A stretch of 64,000 nt of DNA from Gammaproteobacteria bacterium (lineage in GTDB: Bacteria > Pseudomonadota > Gammaproteobacteria > Steroidobacterales > Steroidobacteraceae): the NCBI GenBank assembly GCA_052386275.1, contig JBQTKI010000027.1, positions 3,109-67,108 of the forward strand, read 5' to 3'. The position numbers and the translations under genes are program-made. How positions within the stretch are numbered: position 1 is the first letter of the stretch; the number at the start of each line of letters is the position of its first letter. Shown piece after piece: positions 28,864 to 35,759 of the stretch. Under the pieces are notes generated by a model that saw only the letters and a list, made by a program, of their open reading frames with translations, made no database searches and was not told the DNA's origin.

Positions 28864-29157
28864 ATGGACATGTCGAATGAGGGATACCTCGAGCCGGTCG
28901 CGAAGTTTTCGGACGAGGCCCGCGACATGCACCCCGCGATCGTCTCGCTGATGGAGGAACTCGAAGCCGTCGACTGGTACAACCAGCGCGCCGATGCCTG
29001 CAAGGACCCGGAGCGGCGCGCGATCCTCGCGCACAACCGCGACGAGGAGAAGGAACACGCGGCGATGGTGCTCGGGTGGATCCGGCGCCGCGACGCGGTG
29101 CTGTCCAAAGAGCTGAAGGAATTCCTTCTTACCGATCGTCCGATCGCTCACGACTGA
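28864..29157 (+). CDS. encapsulated-ferritin-like (EncFtn/Flp family) protein, 97 aa, without C-terminal cargo-loading peptide
   Basis: Tail of track ORF 27958..29157, with GGGGAGA RBS. HPAIVSLMEELEAVDWYNQRADACKDPERRAILAHNRDEEKEHAAMVLGWIRRRD is near-colinear with my recollection of Rhodospirillum rubrum EncFtn (…AIVSVMEELEAVDWYDQRVDASTDPELTAILAHNRDEEKEHAAMTLEWLRRND…). The ferroxidase Glu/Tyr/Glu-x-x-His positions are present. Confidence 0.7.
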   Translation: MDMSNEGYLEPVAKFSDEARDMHPAIVSLMEELEAVDWYNQRADACKDPERRAILAHNRDEEKEHAAMVLGWIRRRDAVLSKELKEFLLTDRPIAHD

Positions 29158-29177
29158 CTTCCCCCGGAGAGCCCGCC

Positions 29178-29615
29178 ATGTCCATCGTCTGGCCCGCATT
29201 CGCGCTCGCTGCGCTGACCTTCGGCGTGGTCCTGCGCCTCGCACGACAGCGCTTCGGCGCGGCGCGCGGCGGACGCGTGGACGTGCGCTACTACAAGGTG
29301 TTCAAGGGCGAGGGCGAGCCGGAGGAGGTCGCGGCCACCGCGCGCAACCTCAACAACCTGTACGAGATGCCGACGCTCTTCTACGCCGGCGTCGCGATCG
29401 CCTTTGCGGCCGGCAGGAGCGGGACGCTCCTGGTCGCGCTGGCCTGGGCCTACGTGGCACTGCGCTACCTGCACAGTGCGATCCACCTCACGTCGAACAA
29501 GGTGCGGTGGCGCTTCCGCGCCTTCGCGGCGAGCCTGTTCGTGCTGATCGCGTTCCTGGCGGCGCTCGGCTGGCAGCTCGCGACCCGCACCGGCATCGGA
29601 GCCGCCGCGCCCTGA
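29178..29615 (+). CDS. MAPEG-family membrane protein (paralogue 1)
   Basis: 145 aa, 3-4 TM segments. ARNLNNLYEMPTLFYAGVAIAF...YVALRYLHSAIHL, typical of bacterial MAPEG/YecN-like proteins. Confidence 0.65.
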   Translation: MSIVWPAFALAALTFGVVLRLARQRFGAARGGRVDVRYYKVFKGEGEPEEVAATARNLNNLYEMPTLFYAGVAIAFAAGRSGTLLVALAWAYVALRYLHSAIHLTSNKVRWRFRAFAASLFVLIAFLAALGWQLATRTGIGAAAP

Positions 29616-29649
29616 CTGGCCGGCGCATGCGATCGCCGTGGGCGCCGCC

Positions 29650-30231
29650 ATGCTGCAGTCGTTCCTGTTCGGGGCCGTCCTCGCCGGGTCCATCGGGCCG
29701 ATCGCGCTCTTGATCCTCGCGACCGGCGCGCAGCGCGGCTTCATGGCCGGCGCGTTCGCCGGGCTCGGCGCCGCGCTCGCCGACCTCTGCTACGCGCTGG
29801 TCGCGTTCGCGCTCGGCGCGCTGCTGTTGCCCCTGCTGTCGGCCCACGAGACCGCCATCCGTGTGCTGTCCGGGCTGCTGCTGGTCGCCCTGGGCGCGTT
29901 CATGTGGCTGCGCCACGGGGAGGATGCCACGGCGCCGGCTGCAGTCGCGGCGGCGCTCTGGCCGACCTTCCTGCTGACGCTGGTGAATCCGATGACACTC
30001 GTGGTGTTCGCAGGCTTCGTGCCGCAGCTGCCGGTGGCCGGGTCGCTGCCGGCGGCAGGCACCTTGTCGCTTGCGCTGTTCGGCGGCAGCCTCGCCGTCG
30101 GTACCGCGATCGGAGCCGCGGGCGCGGTGTTCGGGGCGGTCCTGCCCGGCACCGGCTGGCGTCGTGCCATCAGCGCCGTCTCCGCACTCGGCATCGTCGC
30201 GTTCGGGATCGCCGGCATCGCCCGGGCCTGA
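29650..30231 (+). CDS. LysE/RhtB-family amino-acid exporter
   Basis: MLQSFLFGAVLAGSIGPIALLIL...LTLVNPMTLVVF. 6 TM segments. Track ORF starts at the GTG at 29638. Confidence 0.75.
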   Translation: MLQSFLFGAVLAGSIGPIALLILATGAQRGFMAGAFAGLGAALADLCYALVAFALGALLLPLLSAHETAIRVLSGLLLVALGAFMWLRHGEDATAPAAVAAALWPTFLLTLVNPMTLVVFAGFVPQLPVAGSLPAAGTLSLALFGGSLAVGTAIGAAGAVFGAVLPGTGWRRAISAVSALGIVAFGIAGIARA

Positions 30232-30268
30232 GAACTGGCGGCTGGCCGGCGGCCGGCGTACCCTGCCT

Positions 30269-30291
30269 GCGCCCGCGACGCGCGCGGGCGC
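30269..30291 (+). repeat. 9-bp all-GC hairpin (GCGCCCGCG-acgcg-CGCGGGCGC) between the LysE and MAPEG-2 genes
   Basis: Read directly from the sequence. No U-tract follows. Sits immediately upstream of the GGGAGA RBS of the next gene. Confidence 0.4.
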
Positions 30292-30306
30292 CAGGGAGAC
30301 CGACTG

Positions 30307-30696
30307 ATGACGATCGAGCTCAATTACCTCGTGCTGGTCACCGCACTGACCGCGGTGCTGTGGGTGCCCTACATCCTGGACCGCATCGCCGTCGGCGGTC
30401 TGATGGACGCAGTCGGCTACCCGGAGAACCCGAAGCCGCAGTCGGCCTGGGCCAGGCGGCTCATGAAGGCGTACGGCAACGCGGTCGAGAACCTGGTCGT
30501 ATTCGCGGCGCTCGCGCTCGCCGCGCACGCGGCCGGCGTGTCGAACGAGGCGACGGTGTTTGCCGCCAAGATGTATTTCTGGGCGCGCCTGGTGCACGCC
30601 ATCGCCCACACGCTGGCCTGGCCCTGGGTGCGGACGCTGGCATTCACCGCGGGATTCGCGAGCCAGGCGACCTTCGCCTGGCTGCTGCTCAACTGA
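30307..30696 (+). CDS. MAPEG-family membrane protein (paralogue 2)
   Basis: 129 aa. LVTALTAVLWVPYILDRI...RLMKAYGNAVENLVVFAALAL...ARLVHAIAH. Confidence 0.65.
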   Translation: MTIELNYLVLVTALTAVLWVPYILDRIAVGGLMDAVGYPENPKPQSAWARRLMKAYGNAVENLVVFAALALAAHAAGVSNEATVFAAKMYFWARLVHAIAHTLAWPWVRTLAFTAGFASQATFAWLLLN

Positions 30697-30708
30697 GCGG
30701 AACGCGCC

Positions 30709-31440
30709 TCAGGCTACGAAGAAGCCCATCTTCACGCCGGCGAGCGTCACCACGTCGTTGTCGTGCAGCCGGCGGGCCTGCGGCCCGATCGGCTGGCCAT
30801 TGACCAGCGGGAAGTCCCCGGGCTTCGCGCTCTCGACGTGGACCACGTAGTAGCCGTCGGCGCGGCGGCTGATGGCGGCCACCTGCACGCCGGGACGCCC
30901 GAGCGTGGTCAGGGTCTTCGCCAGCTCCAGTTCGCGCCCCGCGAACTGGCCCGACAGCACCTGCAGCTTGGCGGGACGCGCCGGGGCGCCTTTATCGGCG
31001 GTGGGCGCGGCACCGCGCGCGGCGGCGGGCTGCGGCGGGGGTGCAGAGGGCGGCGCAACCTGCTCGGTCGCGGCGCGCAGGCGTGCCTCGCTGACCTGGC
31101 CCGGCTGGATCACGAGCGTGCGCTCGAACTCATCCTGCTCGGCGCTCTCGACCTGGCTGTCGACGAAGCGCAGGTGGTGGTGGCCGATGGTGATCACGTC
31201 GCCATGAGTCAGCGCGTGTTTCTTGATCAGCTTGCCGTTGACGTAGGTGCCGTTGGTGCTGTTCAGGTCCTCGAGGAACGAGTCGTTCAGGATGTTGATG
31301 ATCAGGCCGTGATGACCGCTGACGGCCGGGTTGTCGATGCGTACGTCGTTGTCGGGGAGGCGGCCGATCGTGTACCGCTCCTTGGTCATGTTGTATTCGG
31401 CAAGCACGCTGCCGTCGAGACTCAAGATCAGGCGCGCCAT
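30709..31440 (-). CDS. tandem FHA-domain protein (canonical N-terminal FHA, Pro/Ala linker, degenerate C-terminal FHA-like domain)
   Basis: YTIGRLPDNDVRIDNPAVSGHHGLI...STNGTYVNGKLI (GR...SxxH...NG), then PPSAPPPQPAAARGAAP, then LTTLGRPG...PLVNGQPIG...VVTLAGVKMGF. Confidence 0.85.
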   Translation of the reverse strand: MARLILSLDGSVLAEYNMTKERYTIGRLPDNDVRIDNPAVSGHHGLIINILNDSFLEDLNSTNGTYVNGKLIKKHALTHGDVITIGHHHLRFVDSQVESAEQDEFERTLVIQPGQVSEARLRAATEQVAPPSAPPPQPAAARGAAPTADKGAPARPAKLQVLSGQFAGRELELAKTLTTLGRPGVQVAAISRRADGYYVVHVESAKPGDFPLVNGQPIGPQARRLHDNDVVTLAGVKMGFFVA

Positions 31441-31458
31441 CGTCTCCCTCGCCCCCGG

Positions 31459-32295
31459 TTAACCGAACCAGGCCAATATTCTGTCAAGTATGCCCCGCCG
31501 CGCGGGGAAAAGTTCGACCACCTGGAGCAGCACCACCGAGATGTTGTCCCGGCCGCCGCTATCATTTGCGAGCTGCACCAGCTGTCGAGCAACTGTATCA
31601 AGATTACCGGCGAAAGTACTGATTGTTAAGTGAATATCCTCGTCCTCGACCATGTCGGTCAGGCCGTCGGAGCAGAGCACCAGCCAGTCCCCCGGTTCCA
31701 CCGGCAGCTCGTGAACTTCGACTTCCACGGTCGGCTCGACGCCCAGCGCCCGGGTCACGTAGTTCTTGTTGGTGGCGCGCTGCGCCTCGTCGGCCGAGTA
31801 GAAGCCGCGGTCCACCAGCTCCTGCAGCAGCGAGTGGTCCATGGTCAGCTGCTCGAACGCTTCCTTGCGCAGGCGGTACATGCGCGAATCGCCGACGTGG
31901 GCGATGGTCAGGCGATTGTCGTACAGGAGCGCGGCGACCAGGGTCGTGCCCATGCCCTCGCACTGGGTCTGCGACTTCGAAGTCTGGTGGATGATCTTAT
32001 TGGCCCGGGCGATGGCGTCGCGCAGGATGATGCTCGGCCGGTGCAGGCCGGTCGCCTTGTCGCTGCCCTCGAGTTCCTGCGCCAGAAAGGCCTCGCGCAC
32101 CAGGTTGGTGATCGTCTTGACTGCGATGCCGGAGGCGACCTCGCCCGCGTTGTAGCCGCCCATGCCGTCGGCGAGCACGTACAGCCCGATGTCGGTGTCG
32201 AGCGCGATTGAGTCCTCGTTGTGTTCGCGAACCTTGCCGGTGTCGGTCAGACCGACGGCCGGCACGCGATTCCGCAGCGTGACGTAGCGGCCCAT
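31459..32295 (-). CDS. PP2C-family Ser/Thr protein phosphatase
   Basis: Internal ATG at 32295 of track ORF 31459..32793 (ATGA overlap with the kinase stop). GKVREHNEDS...YVLADGMGGYNAGEVAS...GMGTT...LCSDGLTDMV...GGRDNISVVLL. Confidence 0.9.
   Translation of the reverse strand: MGRYVTLRNRVPAVGLTDTGKVREHNEDSIALDTDIGLYVLADGMGGYNAGEVASGIAVKTITNLVREAFLAQELEGSDKATGLHRPSIILRDAIARANKIIHQTSKSQTQCEGMGTTLVAALLYDNRLTIAHVGDSRMYRLRKEAFEQLTMDHSLLQELVDRGFYSADEAQRATNKNYVTRALGVEPTVEVEVHELPVEPGDWLVLCSDGLTDMVEDEDIHLTISTFAGNLDTVARQLVQLANDSGGRDNISVVLLQVVELFPARRGILDRILAWFG
31601..31629 (-). promoter_or_regulatory. candidate internal sigma70-like promoter (TTAACA-N17-TAATCT) inside the PP2C 3' region, reading toward the FHA gene
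   Basis: Minus-strand TTAACA at 31629..31624, a 17-nt spacer, then TAATCT at 31606..31601. Embedded in a 90-nt stretch with 42 G+C by my hand count. Confidence 0.25.
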
Positions 32296-33320
32296 CAACG
32301 GATGGACGGGTCGACTTCGCGCGCCGCGTCGTGCAGCGCCTGCGCCATCTCCGCGCCGGTCCGGTAGCGCATATCGGGGTCCTTCTCGAGCGCGCGGTCG
32401 AGGACGGCCGCGAGCGAGGCCGGCAGGTCGGGGCGGATCGCGCGCAGCGGCGGGTGCGGCTCGCTCGAGATCTTCTGCATCAGGCCGGGGATCGAATCGG
32501 AACGGAACGGCAGCATGCCCGTCAGCAGCTGGAACAGCGTGACGCCCAGCGAAAAGATGTCCGACTGCGCGGTGACCGGGCGCGCATCCAGCTGCTCGGG
32601 TGCCATGTAGGAAGGCGAGCCCAGGATCACGCCGGTGCGCGTGGCGCGGCTGTCCACCAGGCGCGCGACGCCGAAGTCCATGACCCGCACCTGGCGGTTT
32701 TTCTGGTCGAACACGACGTTGGCCGGCTTGATGTCGCGGTGGATGATGCCGCGCTGGTGCGCGAAATAGAGCGCGTCTGCCACCCGCGCGCACATCTCGG
32801 CGGCCAGGCGCGGCGGCAGCAGCCGGCCCTCGGTCGCGTGCATGCCGAGGTTGACGCCCTGGACGTACTCCATCGCGAGGTAGACCAGGCCCTCGTGCTC
32901 TCCCGATTCGCGGATCTCGACGATGTTGGGGTGCGCGAGCGAGCCCGCGGCCTCCGCCTCGCGCAGGAGCCGCAGCTTGGCCTCCTCGAGCAAATCATCG
33001 GGCCAGTCCTCGGCCAGCGACAGCGTCTTCAGCGCCACCACGGCGCCGGTGTTCAGGTCGGTCGCCCGGTACACGGTCGCAGTCGCGCCGCGTCCCAGTT
33101 CCTGCTCGACCCTGAAGTGATGAAAGACCTGTCCCGGCTGCGGCGGCCTGCTGCGCAGGCTGCGCGCCGGCGCGCCGGTGGCAGCCGGCGGTTTGTCGCC
33201 GACCGCCACCTCGAGAGGCTTGCCGATCTTCGGTACCGGATCGCCGGACATCCTGCCCGCCATGCCGGAAAGATTGCGCAGCCAGCCGCCGCGGCTCGAT
33301 TCGTCAGGCATTCGCCCCAC
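32295..33320 (-). CDS. Hanks-type Ser/Thr protein kinase, soluble (no TM or sensor domain)
   Basis: LGRGATATVYRA (G-loop)...VALK...HRDIKPANVVF (catalytic loop)...DFGVARL...SPSYMAPE. GTG at 33320, or ATG at 33311. Confidence 0.9.
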   Translation of the reverse strand: MGRMPDESSRGGWLRNLSGMAGRMSGDPVPKIGKPLEVAVGDKPPAATGAPARSLRSRPPQPGQVFHHFRVEQELGRGATATVYRATDLNTGAVVALKTLSLAEDWPDDLLEEAKLRLLREAEAAGSLAHPNIVEIRESGEHEGLVYLAMEYVQGVNLGMHATEGRLLPPRLAAEMCARVADALYFAHQRGIIHRDIKPANVVFDQKNRQVRVMDFGVARLVDSRATRTGVILGSPSYMAPEQLDARPVTAQSDIFSLGVTLFQLLTGMLPFRSDSIPGLMQKISSEPHPPLRAIRPDLPASLAAVLDRALEKDPDMRYRTGAEMAQALHDAAREVDPSIR

Positions 33321-33498
33321 GATCCCTGACCACCCTAAACAGGGAATGATAAACGTGCGTGCGCCCCGCCGATACTGGGAGGGGCCGGATTTTCAAGCGC
33401 TTATCGGCGAATCCGCGACTTGGGCCGCAGTCCCCGCCGACCCCGACCCGCCGCAGGCGCGTGCTAGCATCGCCGCTCCCAAGGTGCCGCACCCGACC

Positions 33499-34848
33499 AT
33501 GGCCAAGCCCCGCACCGCGTTCGTCTGCTCGTCCTGCGGCGCCGATTCTCCGCGCTGGGCAGGCCAGTGCCCGTCCTGCGGCGCGTGGAACACGCTCGCG
33601 GCCTTCACCGAATCGCGCTTGCCGGGTGCGGGACGCAGGAGCGGACCGCTTGCCGCGGCGGCGCCGCTTGCGAGCTTCGCGTCGGAGGAGGAAGCACGCC
33701 TCGCCACGGGCTTCGCGGAGCTCGACCGCGTGCTGGGCGGCGGCCTGGTGCCCGGCTCGGTCACCCTGATCGGCGGCGACCCGGGCATCGGCAAGTCGAC
33801 GCTGCTGCTGCAATGCGCCGCCGCGCTTGCGACGGGGCAGCCGGTGCTGTACGCGACCGGCGAGGAATCCGTGCGGCAGGTCGGCGAGCACGCACGCCGC
33901 CTCGCGCTCGCGGCGGGCCGGCTCGCGGTCGTGGCCGAGACCGCGGTCGAGCGCATCCTCGAGCTCGCCGCGGAGTCGCAGTCGCGGGTGCTGGTGGTCG
34001 ATTCGATCCAGACCATGTCGGTCGCCGGCGTCGAAGCCGCGCCAGGTGCGGTGACCCAGTTGCGCGAGTCCACCGCGAGCCTGGTGCGGCACGCCAAGGC
34101 GACCGGCACGGCCGTGTTCCTGATCGGCCACGTCACGCGCGAAGGGGTGATCGCGGGGCCGCGCGTGCTCGAGCACATGGTGGACACGGTGCTCTATTTT
34201 GAAAGCGATTCCGGCAGCCGTTATCGGGTGATCCGCGCGGTCAAGAACCGCTTCGGCGCGGTCAACGAGATCGGCGTGTTCGCGATGGAGGAACGCGGGC
34301 TGCGCGAGGTGCGCAATCCATCCGCGATCTTCCTGTCGCGCGGCACCGAGCCGCTGCCGGGCTCGGCGGTCACGGTCGCGCGCGAGGGCACGCGCCAGAT
34401 GCTGATCGAGGTGCAGGCGCTCGTCGACCAGAGCGCGCTCGCGAACCCGCGCCGGGTCGCGGTCGGCTTCGAGTCGAACCGCGTGGCGTTGCTGCTCGCC
34501 GTGCTGCACCGCCACGCAGGCGTGGCGCTCGCCGGCCACGACGTGTTCGTGAACGTCGTCGGCGGTGTGCACCTCGGCGAGACCGCGGCGGACCTCGCGG
34601 TGATCGCGGCCCTCGCCTCCAGCCTTTCCGGGCGGCCACTGCCGCAGGACCTGGTGCTGTTCGGAGAATCCGGGCTGACCGGTGAAGTACGGCCGGTGCC
34701 GTACGGCGAGGAGCGACTGCGCGAGGCTGCCAAGCACGGCTTCCGCCGCGCGATCGTGCCGCGGGCGAACGCGCCGCGGCATCCCGTCGAAGGCATCGCC
34801 GTGACCGCGGTGGCGGGAATCCGGGAGGCGCTCGCGGCGCTCGCCTGA
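33499..34848 (+). CDS. radA: DNA repair protein RadA/Sms
   Basis: Internal ATG at 33499 of track ORF 33178..34848. FVCSSCGADSPRWAGQCPSCGAWNTL (Zn finger), LIGGDPGIGKSTLLLQ (Walker A), KNRFGAVNE, Lon-like C-terminal domain. Confidence 0.93.
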   Translation: MAKPRTAFVCSSCGADSPRWAGQCPSCGAWNTLAAFTESRLPGAGRRSGPLAAAAPLASFASEEEARLATGFAELDRVLGGGLVPGSVTLIGGDPGIGKSTLLLQCAAALATGQPVLYATGEESVRQVGEHARRLALAAGRLAVVAETAVERILELAAESQSRVLVVDSIQTMSVAGVEAAPGAVTQLRESTASLVRHAKATGTAVFLIGHVTREGVIAGPRVLEHMVDTVLYFESDSGSRYRVIRAVKNRFGAVNEIGVFAMEERGLREVRNPSAIFLSRGTEPLPGSAVTVAREGTRQMLIEVQALVDQSALANPRRVAVGFESNRVALLLAVLHRHAGVALAGHDVFVNVVGGVHLGETAADLAVIAALASSLSGRPLPQDLVLFGESGLTGEVRPVPYGEERLREAAKHGFRRAIVPRANAPRHPVEGIAVTAVAGIREALAALA

Positions 34849-34849
34849 C

Positions 34850-35680
34850 TCAGCCCCAGTGGCGGTCGAGCAGGATCTCGAGCACGAACTTGCTGCCGAA
34901 GTAGGCGACCGCGAGCAGGCCGAAGCCCGCGAGCGTGTAGCGCGCGGCCTTGCGGCCGCGCCAGCCGCGGCGCCAGCGGCCGACCAGCAGGACCGCAAAG
35001 ATCAGCCAGGCGGCGAGCGCGAGCACGGTCTTGTGCACCAGGTGCTGCGCGAACAGATCGGTCACGAACAAGAGACCCGCGAGAATCGCGACCGTGAGCG
35101 CGGCCATCCCGGTCGCGAGCACGCTGAAGAGCGCGCGCTCCAGGCTCTCGACCGGCGGCAGCGCGGCAAGCCAGCCGGCCGCTGCGCGCCGCCGCAGGGC
35201 CGCATCCTGCACCGACAGCAGCAGCACCAGGATCGCCGCGATCGCGAACATGCCCGCCGATCCCATGGCGAGCAGCACGTGCACCGCGAATGGCCAGCCG
35301 GCGGCGGCGACCTCGCGCGGCTCGGGCAGGCTTCCGGTGCCGGCCGCGAGCAAACCTGCAAGCCCCAGCGTCACCGCAGCGATACCGCGAAAGCGCGGCG
35401 CGAGTGCCGCGAGCAGGCCGCCGACGCCCATCGCGAGGCCCATCAGCGAGGCACTGTCGGCGAGCGAGAGCGTGGCACCGTCGAAGGGGCGCAGCGCACC
35501 GTACAGCCAGGCGCCGTGCAGCGCGATCGCGGCGAGCGCAAGCCAGGTCGCGGGCTCGGCGAGCGCCGCCCGCGCGCTGCCGCGCCGTGCCGAATGCGCG
35601 GCGGCCGCGGCCGCGGCGAGATAGAGCAGGATGACGAGGAATGCGCGCAACGGGCGGGCTCCAGAATCGCGGGCGATCAT
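34850..35680 (-). CDS. ypjD: cytochrome c assembly-family (CcsA-like) inner-membrane protein YpjD
   Basis: 8 hydrophobic segments. C-terminal ...HKTVLALAAWLIFAVLL.GRW..GWRGRKA.R..L.GF.LL..AYFGSKFVLE. Divergent from ffh as in E. coli. Confidence 0.7.
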   Translation of the reverse strand: MIARDSGARPLRAFLVILLYLAAAAAAAHSARRGSARAALAEPATWLALAAIALHGAWLYGALRPFDGATLSLADSASLMGLAMGVGGLLAALAPRFRGIAAVTLGLAGLLAAGTGSLPEPREVAAAGWPFAVHVLLAMGSAGMFAIAAILVLLLSVQDAALRRRAAAGWLAALPPVESLERALFSVLATGMAALTVAILAGLLFVTDLFAQHLVHKTVLALAAWLIFAVLLVGRWRRGWRGRKAARYTLAGFGLLAVAYFGSKFVLEILLDRHWG

Positions 35681-35723
35681 TGCACAGGGGGCAGGGGAAG
35701 CAAAGCGCGGGCTCGCGCGCGCC

Positions 35724-35729
35724 TATAAT
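35724..35729 (+). promoter_or_regulatory. candidate -10 box (perfect TATAAT) for ffh
   Basis: gcctataatcgg, 30 nt upstream of the ffh ATG, in the 79-bp ypjD|ffh intergenic region. Confidence 0.35.
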
Positions 35730-35759
35730 CGGCGCCGGCACGGAGCCAGGATTTACCCG

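Noticed and set aside
27958-29157. The 399-aa ORF 27958..29157 as a possible encapsulin shell or fusion partner of the EncFtn domain.
   Set aside because: - Its first 300 residues are Arg/Gly/Ala-rich nonsense that overlaps the epimerase gene in another frame.
- Only the last 97 codons, from the ATG at 28864 with its own RBS, look like a real protein.
- No HK97-fold-like ORF is present anywhere in the window.
30709-33320. The kinase/PP2C/FHA trio as part of a type VI secretion locus.
   Set aside because: No TssA-M, Hcp, VgrG or ClpV-like ORFs occur anywhere in the 64 kb. The flanking genes are radA and MAPEG.
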